From the IMG/VR virus record IMGVR_UViG_3300025133_000023: a stretch of DNA of 64,000 bases; one strand, written 5' to 3'. This DNA is from a virus. The notes under the pieces are model-generated. The model had not been told where the DNA came from. It did no database searches and saw only the letters and a program-made list of their open reading frames with translations. Shown here one piece after another: positions 56,417 to 64,000 of the stretch (positions within the stretch are counted from its first letter, which is position 1; each line of letters begins with the position of its first letter). The position numbers and the translations under genes are program-made.

Positions 56417-56797
56417 TTAGATCCTTCCGGTAAAGAGGAACACTAGGCGTTCCCATAGAGTCATTTGATGATACTTGGCAACCTTATCTTCAAGGGAACG
56501 AATCTCTTGATCCTTGGCGTCAAGCGCAGCTTCGAGACTATCTCTATAAGCATAGATGACTTTCATCTCTTCAAGCTGATCGTCGGAGGGAAGACCTTTC
56601 TGTAATGCTACAGTAACTTCTTCTTCCTCTTCAGTAATAGAAAAGAACTGAGCTTCCTTCTCGGACTTGGCTAGTTCTTTCTTCATAGCAATCATAAGCT
56701 GCTGGTGTTTCGCCTCTTCAAGACGCTTCTTAGACTCTGGGTTACTTACCCAGTCATTAAGCTTACCTAGATCGAGGGCTTTTCTTTGTCCTGACAT
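56417..56797 (-). CDS. Hypothetical coiled-coil protein (126 aa)
   Basis: Heptad pattern in the C-terminal half; ends TLWERLVFLFTGRI. Confidence 0.65.
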   Translation of the reverse strand: MSGQRKALDLGKLNDWVSNPESKKRLEEAKHQQLMIAMKKELAKSEKEAQFFSITEEEEEVTVALQKGLPSDDQLEEMKVIYAYRDSLEAALDAKDQEIRSLEDKVAKYHQMTLWERLVFLFTGRI

Positions 56798-56850
56798 ATT
56801 TGTGTTCCTGTGTATTACTACTCCACCCCTGATAAGGAAAGTGTTCTCTT

Positions 56851-56859
56851 AGTATACCA
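56851..56859 (-). promoter_or_regulatory. Candidate extended -10 promoter (TGGTATACT)
   Basis: TGnTATAcT in the only long intergenic gap, about 55 nt upstream of the 56797 start; no good -35 element. Confidence 0.4.
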
Positions 56860-56867
56860 CTCAAAAC

Positions 56868-56912
56868 AAAAAAAGGCCGAGGTCACTAGTTATGTTCTTC
56901 TAGATAATCGGC
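56868..56912 (-). terminator. Possible second intrinsic terminator (imperfect stem plus T7)
   Basis: GCCGA...TCGGC closing an interrupted stem, followed by CTTTTTTT on the minus strand. Confidence 0.35.
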
Positions 56913-57081
56913 TAGTTTTCGTAAGGCTAATGGGCTTTCTGAAGCTAAGCCAATAGCTAGATTACATCCTATGCACAACAATCCTCTAACCTTTTCCGTC
57001 AGCTTTTGACTTATCCTTACGGAAACAAGAAGGACTTTTCCTCTCTTTGCATCGCGAACAGATCTTTTGCTCTAATAACAT
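56886..57081 (-). pseudogene. Internally deleted, frameshifted endonuclease VII-like (homing) endonuclease remnant
   Basis: Frame 1 (57081-56986): MLLEQKICSRCKERKSPSCFRKDKSKADGKG*. Frame +1: TEKVRGLLCIGCNLAIGLASESPLALRKLADYLEEHN* (ends 56886). These are the N-terminal CxxC and the C-terminal VRGLLCxxCN...YL signatures; the DHxH catalytic segment is absent. Confidence 0.82.
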
Positions 57082-57095
57082 GCTATCTTCCACAG

Positions 57096-57128
57096 AAAAA
57101 GGCAGAGCCTACAGATGTAGACTCTGCC
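57096..57128 (-). terminator. Rho-independent terminator downstream of the major capsid gene
   Basis: Minus strand GGCAGAGTCTAC-ATCT-GTAGGCTCTGCC-TTTTT: 12-bp stem with one G-U pair, then a U-tract. Confidence 0.88.
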
Positions 57129-57155
57129 CAATTTCTTTAGGTCAGACTACCCGAA

Positions 57156-58445
57156 TTATACGACTGCGGTCGTCATCGGGATTGCTGCAATGGAGTTACT
57201 TACGTTGTAAGTAGCGGTTGCCGGCAGTACCACCTGGTTAGGCGTGACCTTGACGTTCTTCGCGACCATGATTCCCTGGCCTTCGTCATAGATTGCAACA
57301 CCGTATCGTTCACGGAGCTTAATCTTTCGAACATCAACTCGTGGGTCATTCCACTCTTCGGTCATCAGCTCTTCGTCTACAAGAAGGGCACCAAGGGCAC
57401 CAGACTGGAAGACGAACACGTCAGTCAGTAGAGTCTCAGGATCGAAAGGCATAAATGGACTTACGATAATCCTGAATGGGAATGGGAAGTACGCGCTTGG
57501 TAGCGATGGACCAGAGTCCAGAGCGTTTGCGTAATCCGCAACACCGGATGCGTCAGCGCCATGAGCGTTGCCATCAGGCAGGCCTGGGACGATGTCCCTA
57601 CCCTGACTAATACCGGTGCGGTCACCGTTGTTGAATGGATCTTGGTGTGCAACTCGACCCTGCCACTGCTGGAAGAAACTTCCTGCACCGTTCTGAAGCG
57701 CGAACGCTCGCATAACGGGGTCCTTGACCCACATGAGCCAAGTAAGTGGGTGGCAAAGAATGGTGTCAGGCGTATAGCCGTTGTGCCATGCTGCTGCCAT
57801 CAGGTCAAATAGGTCATCCATAATCATAGAACCGTTAGCGGTTCCGTCTAGTGCACGACCGTGCGTTACGCCGAATAGTGACGTGGTTGGGTCAGCATTG
57901 TCATAGGCGACAATACCCAGACCAAGAATGTGCTGCCAGATCTTGCTCTCCTTATGGCGAGCCATTGCCTTACCAGCCTGTCGCATGTACAGACCCATCA
58001 GATCCCAGTCACTGTAGCGAAGCATCTCTTCGGTGAATCCGAAGGCCATTCCGACCTTTCCGACATTCGCCGTAACAGTTGCTCCACCCAGGTTTGGCTG
58101 GTGCTCTGGGTAAGGACCACCCTCAGGAATGTCATCTGCGCTCATAGCACCAAGTGCTGGCATGACAAACTGAGTGTATGGCTTGAACTGAACCTTGTCT
58201 AGAAGGCTCACACCAATCATGAGAGGCTCCTGGGCCTCCTTGATGATTGAGACGACGACCTTAGGAAGAAGTGGAGAGGCATTACTCGTGTTGAGAATAT
58301 CCTTGATATCCATCTTCTTACCGTTCGTGAAGTCGAAACCGTCATTCAGGAACACATTCTTAAGTCGAAGGAAGTCGCCACGGCTAGCAATTGCTTCGCC
58401 ATTTCGATCCTGTAGGCTGACGTTTACGTTTTCGTTAAACCTCAT
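57156..58445 (-). CDS. Major capsid protein (HK97 fold)
   Basis: 429 aa; IPEGGPYPE, VGKVGMAFGFTEEML.YSDWD, KIKLRERYGVAI; strong SD, followed by a terminator. Confidence 0.93.
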   Translation of the reverse strand: MRFNENVNVSLQDRNGEAIASRGDFLRLKNVFLNDGFDFTNGKKMDIKDILNTSNASPLLPKVVVSIIKEAQEPLMIGVSLLDKVQFKPYTQFVMPALGAMSADDIPEGGPYPEHQPNLGGATVTANVGKVGMAFGFTEEMLRYSDWDLMGLYMRQAGKAMARHKESKIWQHILGLGIVAYDNADPTTSLFGVTHGRALDGTANGSMIMDDLFDLMAAAWHNGYTPDTILCHPLTWLMWVKDPVMRAFALQNGAGSFFQQWQGRVAHQDPFNNGDRTGISQGRDIVPGLPDGNAHGADASGVADYANALDSGPSLPSAYFPFPFRIIVSPFMPFDPETLLTDVFVFQSGALGALLVDEELMTEEWNDPRVDVRKIKLRERYGVAIYDEGQGIMVAKNVKVTPNQVVLPATATYNVSNSIAAIPMTTAVV

Positions 58446-58467
58446 TGTTTTTCCTTTCTCCTTAGAA

Positions 58468-59787
58468 TTACCTGTTAATCAGGCTGACTAGAACTTCCTT
58501 GTCTGCGCCTTGTGCATACATGACGGTTGAGGGAAGACCTTCGGTAGCGGTACCTGGCATTCGGTTTACGTTACCCAGCATTGTGTACTGGGACTTAACT
58601 CTATGCATGAGGTCCTTGGGGTAGGTCTTGAATCCGAACACCTGGCCTACTCGGAAGTTAGTCCAAGTAGCATCGCCAACGCCCGTCTCGACCGCAAAGT
58701 TACTATCAGAGTCACACACCAAGAAGTCACCGTTGCGGATCTCGCGACCAGCAACTGGAACAGCAGATGCGTAAATGCTAACTGCAGCGGGTGGTACGTC
58801 ATAACTGAAGTAGGTAATGGTGCCAGTTAGGTTGGCTCCAATCACTGTCTGAGATGCACTGTATAAGAACAGTACACCAGCTTCTGCGTCGACATAGTAA
58901 TCACCAAGAACGGAAAGAGCGTCAGGCCCTGACCGTAGTCGAGTGAGGACACCAGTTCCTGACTCAGTCAGGGGCGCAAATAGCGTAGTAGGTCCAGCAA
59001 GGGGATAATGATCAAGGAACATAGCAAGCCATGTTCCTGTAGCAGATAGGTTATCCCACCGCTCCATTGCAATAACAGAAGCTCTGTCTTGAAGACGGGG
59101 GGTTCCTAGTACTGGAGCAGTAGCCGTAATGGCACCCGGAACCGATTCCGTGGCGACAACCCCAGGAATGTAGGGTAGTCGTAGCTGGTAGGAGACCAGG
59201 ACCTGAACCTGGTGCTGAAGACTGAAGTTGTGACTCTTTCGCTGAAGAGCGTTGAACTTCTCGCCGTTGTAGTTAGACCATGCCCAGAATGCCTGTGCAG
59301 CAACCCCTAGTGGGTAACTGACGAAGGCATCGCAAGTCTCACCGGTTTCGATGAGTCCACGATCAATCAGGGCTGTAGTAATATCAGCGGCTGTGTAGGT
59401 AGTTGTACCGTTGACGTCATATACATCTCCGGTTGTTAGGTCAATAGTCTGCTCGGTGAAATCGTCAGCCGTGTATGTGAGGCCGGTTCCTGCGGCAAAC
59501 AGGATCTTAAGACCTGCTGGCACGACGTGCTGACTATCTTCCCAATCGCTGACTGCACTCTTAACTGCTTCTGCCTGACGAGTCAGGGAAACGATCTTTC
59601 CGGGGCTTACAACACTCCAAGCTTCAAAGTGCTTGTCGTATCGTTCCACTGGTAGCCATGGAGCAGGAATAAAATCCCCTGCCAGACGACCGTGAGGTCC
59701 CTTCTCAGAGTGCTCAACGTTAGGGAATAGATTTTCAACATGATCCCACTGACGGTGCGTTGCACTATATCTGTTAGCGTAAGACAT
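58468..59787 (-). CDS. Candidate head decoration/minor capsid protein
   Basis: Between protease and capsid genes; strong SD AAGGAG; PAPWLP...VVSPGKIV and C-terminal GQV...MPGTATEG. Confidence 0.6.
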   Translation of the reverse strand: MSYANRYSATHRQWDHVENLFPNVEHSEKGPHGRLAGDFIPAPWLPVERYDKHFEAWSVVSPGKIVSLTRQAEAVKSAVSDWEDSQHVVPAGLKILFAAGTGLTYTADDFTEQTIDLTTGDVYDVNGTTTYTAADITTALIDRGLIETGETCDAFVSYPLGVAAQAFWAWSNYNGEKFNALQRKSHNFSLQHQVQVLVSYQLRLPYIPGVVATESVPGAITATAPVLGTPRLQDRASVIAMERWDNLSATGTWLAMFLDHYPLAGPTTLFAPLTESGTGVLTRLRSGPDALSVLGDYYVDAEAGVLFLYSASQTVIGANLTGTITYFSYDVPPAAVSIYASAVPVAGREIRNGDFLVCDSDSNFAVETGVGDATWTNFRVGQVFGFKTYPKDLMHRVKSQYTMLGNVNRMPGTATEGLPSTVMYAQGADKEVLVSLINR

Positions 59788-59806
59788 TTAGGTTCTACTC
59801 CTTGTA

Positions 59807-61639
59807 TTAGTCCCCATCAGTAACACCTGAAAGGTGCTTCGTGATGTCAAAATCCCTAGGTAATACATCGACTTGCTTCATTCGATGTAGCCAATTGTTA
59901 GCGTGCTCTTTGCTCTCGTACTCTTCTAGCCAACGATAACGCTGGATTTGGGACTCGTAAAGCTTAGATTCTTTCTCAGTGGCATCCTTAACGGAGTGCT
60001 CAGAGTTAGTTCCTGCACCTGGCAGGGTAGGGTCATCCACTGCCACGTTTGTTACAACACCCGAAGTTCCATCGGGCCTCAGAACCATGTTATCAAAGTT
60101 AGCTTTCTCTCGCAAGTCATTGAATTCACTTTCAAGCTGAGAGATAGTTTTTTCGGACTGAGCCTCCTTCAAAACATCGAAACTATCTTCCTTGCTATCA
60201 ATCATACGGAGAACCGTAGTAAATTCAACAAGTACGTCATGAATTCTAGAAATAGACTCATCACGCTCTTCAGTTAGTTTCTTCTGTGCGGTAAACATTT
60301 CAGACAACTCAGAGCGCATAAAACGCTTATTGTCTGTTGCATCCTTAAGGGTCTGACGCAGATTATCTGCCTCTGTCTTAAGTGTAGTGAACTCATCCTG
60401 AGCAACGTAGTTACTCAAGTCAACCTCTTCCTTCTTAGGTGCTAGCTCGTACCCCTTGACTACAGCTGCTGATAGAACAGCACCGTAGAGGGTCTTGAGG
60501 CTCGCATCGTCAGAAAAGGCTGGGATAAGCCTTTCAGCTACATCATTAATAGAATGCCCAGAAAGCTCAGAAACAATGTTCTCAACAGAAGCTCCAGCAA
60601 GAGTAAGCATATCTTCTAGCTTAACCTCTTCCTTTGGCTCTTCCTTGACATCGTCTTCCAGCTTTACAGCGGCTTCTGGTTCCTGAGCATCGTCCTGAAG
60701 TTCGACTTCAGTCTCCTCAGGCTGATCGGTATTGGTATCTGCCATGCTCTTCCTACTCCCGTAAGCGTCCGTAAAGGAGAGTGAAATAGGGTAGGTAAAG
60801 AAATCTTCCCGTAAACTCTCCGTCATAATATTGGTGACTTCATGACCGTTATCGTTAACGATCTGGAAGGAAACACTCTGTGCAAGAGTATCACCAGGGT
60901 TAACTACATAGGAGAAGGCCTCCTCGTAAGTTAGTTTGCCAGGAATGACAAAGCATCCATCGGCTCCAGGCTCATGATCACACATACCGTCCTTAATAAA
61001 GTCAGTATGGCATTCAGAGCAATAGGCTTCATTTGAAGACATTCCAGTAGACACTGTAAGCCACCGCTGATCGAGGATCTTTTCAATAGCATCCTGATCA
61101 TAGATCATTGCGTCAACTACAAGATGCCCAAGTCCTTCCCAATCTCTCTCATAGAGGAGACCTGTTTTCTTGAGATCCTTAACTGCGTCAAGCCAGTAAC
61201 CCATTCCCTGCTTACCGTTATGGTCAGACAGTCGGAAGGGAGACTTCCCAAAGCGATCGGTGTGTTTGTTTGTTGCAAAATCATATGCAACATAGTGGTT
61301 ACCGACTGCCCTACCTAGAACACGCCCTTCACCCTTGCCTCCAAACATACTAGGAGATCCGTCATCATGACCAACAAGAACTGGCTTGTCGTATCCGGCG
61401 GTTCCACCCCTAGCCCTAGAAAGCATAGAGCCACGTCCCTCTTCTACCTTAGCTGGTAGATAAAGAGCGTGGTTACGCGTGATACGGGCTGCGTGCTGTG
61501 CAATAGACCTCACAAAGAGGCCTTTGCCAGACGATAGATAGCTATCAATAAACGCCACCTTAGCCTTAGTGTCTTCGGGGACTCTAAGACCAACTGGGGT
61601 TACTGTTCGTGAATCGCGAAAAAATGCGACCTTAGACAT
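59807..61639 (-). CDS. Prohead protease fused to an acidic coiled-coil scaffold
   Basis: QHAA (His), WLTVSTG (Ser), CSECH...CDH metal-binding motif, followed by an E/D-rich helical C-terminal half. Confidence 0.8.
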   Translation of the reverse strand: MSKVAFFRDSRTVTPVGLRVPEDTKAKVAFIDSYLSSGKGLFVRSIAQHAARITRNHALYLPAKVEEGRGSMLSRARGGTAGYDKPVLVGHDDGSPSMFGGKGEGRVLGRAVGNHYVAYDFATNKHTDRFGKSPFRLSDHNGKQGMGYWLDAVKDLKKTGLLYERDWEGLGHLVVDAMIYDQDAIEKILDQRWLTVSTGMSSNEAYCSECHTDFIKDGMCDHEPGADGCFVIPGKLTYEEAFSYVVNPGDTLAQSVSFQIVNDNGHEVTNIMTESLREDFFTYPISLSFTDAYGSRKSMADTNTDQPEETEVELQDDAQEPEAAVKLEDDVKEEPKEEVKLEDMLTLAGASVENIVSELSGHSINDVAERLIPAFSDDASLKTLYGAVLSAAVVKGYELAPKKEEVDLSNYVAQDEFTTLKTEADNLRQTLKDATDNKRFMRSELSEMFTAQKKLTEERDESISRIHDVLVEFTTVLRMIDSKEDSFDVLKEAQSEKTISQLESEFNDLREKANFDNMVLRPDGTSGVVTNVAVDDPTLPGAGTNSEHSVKDATEKESKLYESQIQRYRWLEEYESKEHANNWLHRMKQVDVLPRDFDITKHLSGVTDGD

Positions 61640-63794
61640 TCGGCTCTCCTGCAGGAATCACTTCACATCCGCAAAATGGATGGTGAGGTGGAATTGAATC
61701 AATAGTAACAGTATCAAGACGTAGTGTCAATTTAGAGAGCTCTACACACTCTTGACACGGATCTTGAGAACGAATCTCAAACCTAAGTGTCTCTACACCT
61801 TGAATCTTGTATGCTGCAATTCTACCACGACTGTATGCTGCTTTGCGTTCAGTAATGTAGATTGCATTGATACGATTCATGCTGATGTCCATTGCTGCCA
61901 TGATTTCGCGGTTACTTTCTTCTGGATTAATACGACTAACATGACTTGAGATGTCGAAAGCTAAACGTCTAATTACAGAGTTAACACTACTCTCTACGGA
62001 TCGAAGCTCATCGGTAAACTCGTGTTCCCATCGATTTAATCCAGTAGAAGAAGCTCCATCTCTAAAGCGTGAAATAGCCAAGGTAATAAGTCTGTTGGCT
62101 GTGTCATTCTGCCATGCCTCGATGACCCCTTCAATCCAGCTAATAGGAGAGCCTACAACAATATGGTACTTCACATCCTTAAGAAGACTAGAGAAGGCAT
62201 TAGAGATGAGATGGTCCTTAAAGGCTACCTTGGAGGGGAAACAAAGGGCTTCCTTCTTCTTAGCAGCCGCTGGTGCCCTGGGAAGCTGCGGCTTAGCCTT
62301 GATCTCTCTTTCCTTGTTCTTCTGCCCAGCTTCAATGTCAGACTTCTCAATAGAGGTCATAGGGTTGACAGCAGCAGCACTAGCCATTGGGCTCGTTGCC
62401 ATGCTTGCTTGCTTTAACATCTCTAAGGGTTCTACATGTAGCTTAGCGAAGCTTAGTTCTCGTCGTTCGTCGTCAACTTCGAGTGCGTCAAATCCAACCA
62501 TTTCACGAGCTTCATTCTCCATGATAAGGTGTTTGGTGAAGATATCTGCTGCGTGCTCTTCCATTTTGATCTTCTTGTCGATGTCAATTTCTTTGAACAC
62601 GAGTGAAGCATCATTGCCAGCCGCCAACGGATCATAGTCAAACTTACCCTCTGCAAGAAGCTCATCTAGAATAAGGAACTTGAACTGACAAGCGAAGTCA
62701 TTCTGAACAGCCTTTACTGTATCGATTAACTGAATAGACAGCTGCGCTGCAGTTGCCTTGTTTGCAGTAGCTCCCTCACCAAAGTCAACAGCACTCATTC
62801 CAAGTCCAGCAAACACACGAAGCTTGAAGTGGGTAAGGTAGTTTTCTGCTCTAAGAGCTCTACCTTCACTGCCAATCAGTTCAATCTCGTGTCTCTCTGG
62901 AGTAACCAGTACACCCTCTGGGGGCATGTAACTAATCTCAGAACGGACCACGTCAATCTCTGTAGAGCCATCTGGATATACTTGAGCCGGCCTGTCGGGA
63001 GTTCCTACCTTGTACTGGAATAGAGGGAATAGGTTTTGGTAGATAAGGAGGTCGATGTTTTCTTCAATACGACGTAAAGTCCGGATGTCATCGATGACAG
63101 GAGTTACCGTAGGAGTGCCTACGGCCCAACCGGCTTTCTTGTTAATGTAGAAATGAACGATATCGTTCTTAGGCCAAGTCTTCTTTCGACCGTCTTCCAT
63201 TCGCTGCTGCACATGAGTAATGTGCCCCATGTTGTTTCTCTTAAACTCAATGGTCTCCATGGGAACATGGAAGTATGCAGCAACTGGCTCAACAATAGTA
63301 AAGGTTCCATTAGCCTTGAAGACTCTTCTAGGGAATCCACCAGAGGCTTTACGGTCTCTAGACTTAACCAGAATAGCATTGCTAAATCGGTTAAGGTCTC
63401 GACCAATATCTTTCTTGAGGTGAGCCCAGGGTTTTCCTTGCGCCCGTTGGGTCTGAGCTAGGCGTTTGTCAACATAGGTTTGGGTATCGGGGTTAATAGA
63501 GACAACCTTATACCCCTCCTTAAACATAAGATTAGTCTTCTTCTCGACAGCACGGGCGAAGTATCCCTCTGCGTCTTCTGCAGACAAGATTTCATCAAAG
63601 TCATACTCTGCTGGCTCAAAACTAGATCTGGATGATCCATCCTTATAGGCAAAGACTCGATTCCTTTGAAGAGGAATCTTTGCAATACGATTAGGAACAT
63701 CAGGATTTGTTTCAGCTCTGTCTAGACTAAGAAGCCTTTCAGATACTGTTCGAGTCCCGTTACGGTCTACTTGAATGTGTCTAATTTTTGCCAT
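61632..63794 (-). CDS. Portal protein with C-terminal MuF (SPP1 gp7-like) domain
   Basis: IVHF...GTPTVTPVIDDIRTLRRIEE, FPLFQYKVG, ASLVFKEID are portal-like; the C-terminus has PCQEC...IPPHHPFCGC. Confidence 0.85.
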   Translation of the reverse strand: MAKIRHIQVDRNGTRTVSERLLSLDRAETNPDVPNRIAKIPLQRNRVFAYKDGSSRSSFEPAEYDFDEILSAEDAEGYFARAVEKKTNLMFKEGYKVVSINPDTQTYVDKRLAQTQRAQGKPWAHLKKDIGRDLNRFSNAILVKSRDRKASGGFPRRVFKANGTFTIVEPVAAYFHVPMETIEFKRNNMGHITHVQQRMEDGRKKTWPKNDIVHFYINKKAGWAVGTPTVTPVIDDIRTLRRIEENIDLLIYQNLFPLFQYKVGTPDRPAQVYPDGSTEIDVVRSEISYMPPEGVLVTPERHEIELIGSEGRALRAENYLTHFKLRVFAGLGMSAVDFGEGATANKATAAQLSIQLIDTVKAVQNDFACQFKFLILDELLAEGKFDYDPLAAGNDASLVFKEIDIDKKIKMEEHAADIFTKHLIMENEAREMVGFDALEVDDERRELSFAKLHVEPLEMLKQASMATSPMASAAAVNPMTSIEKSDIEAGQKNKEREIKAKPQLPRAPAAAKKKEALCFPSKVAFKDHLISNAFSSLLKDVKYHIVVGSPISWIEGVIEAWQNDTANRLITLAISRFRDGASSTGLNRWEHEFTDELRSVESSVNSVIRRLAFDISSHVSRINPEESNREIMAAMDISMNRINAIYITERKAAYSRGRIAAYKIQGVETLRFEIRSQDPCQECVELSKLTLRLDTVTIDSIPPHHPFCGCEVIPAGEPNV

Positions 63795-63797
63795 AGG

Positions 63798-64000
63798 TTA
63801 TACGCTAGAAGCTTCAAGCTCTTCAATCCAAGAGGCGACCTCTGTCTGAAGGCTATCGGGTACAGAGCCAATACATGTAGGAATAGTGTATGTCTGATTA
63901 AGGACAGGGTCATTCACAACTAGGGCACCAGCTTCATTAATGTTAACGCTGAATACGTCGGGAATATCACCGACTTCAATGTCAGGAATTTCTTCAAGTA
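63798..64000 (-). CDS. 3' end of an acidic hypothetical protein (5' part beyond the window)
   Basis: Hand translation ...LEEIPDIEVGDIPDVFSVNINEAGALVVNDPVLNQTYTIPTCIGSVPDSLQTEVASWIEELEASSV*, with TAA 3 nt before the portal ATG. Confidence 0.7.
   Translation of the reverse strand, partial: LEEIPDIEVGDIPDVFSVNINEAGALVVNDPVLNQTYTIPTCIGSVPDSLQTEVASWIEELEASSV

Larger units (their letters stand above)
1..64000 (-). mobile_element. Large myovirus-type bacteriophage genome segment (head, neck, contractile tail, baseplate, fibres, glycosylation cluster)
   Basis: Portal, protease, major capsid, sheath, tube and baseplate J-like genes are in canonical order on one strand. No cellular housekeeping genes, rRNA or tRNA seen. 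No integrase or att site in the window, so prophage versus free phage cannot be decided. Confidence 0.96.

Noticed and set aside
61951-62637. 228-aa plus-strand ORF
   Set aside because: Antisense to the portal; Ser-rich composition typical of shadow frames.
1-64000. Alternative genetic code (TAG or TGA recoding)
   Set aside because: Standard-code ORFs up to 2026 aa tile the window, and TAG (8423, 28862) and TGA (2522) end genes exactly at overlapping downstream starts.
1-64000. CRISPR arrays, tRNA/rRNA genes, introns, inteins, integrase, terminase, lysis genes
   Set aside because: None recognised; gaps are too short or are explained by other features, and no intein splice motifs were seen in the large ORFs.

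Overview
A 64-kb segment of a large contractile-tailed (myovirus-type) bacteriophage genome; every credible gene is on the minus strand and tightly packed, often with TAATG/ATGA/TAGTG overlaps. In transcription order (right to left): portal with a MuF-like C-terminal domain, prohead protease/scaffold, candidate decoration protein, HK97-type major capsid protein, neck proteins, tail sheath, three tube paralogues, two chaperone paralogues, a tape-measure-like protein, a 1768-aa protein, a 2026-aa hub with an M23 peptidase, baseplate wedge and fibre-like proteins, then an approximately 10-kb nucleotide-sugar/glycosyltransferase cluster running off the left edge. The main finding is that the 1768-aa protein (37527-42833), inside the tail-lumen block, carries in the correct order by-eye matches to the landmarks of a single-chain two-barrel (beta-beta' fused) RNA polymerase, with a variant catalytic motif DYDAD. 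This suggests a tail-delivered virion RNA polymerase. Other findings: a phage-encoded 3-amino-sugar/LpxA-like glycosylation pathway co-oriented with the virion genes, and three apparent homing-endonuclease relics absent from the ORF track. All family assignments come from motif reading without database searches.
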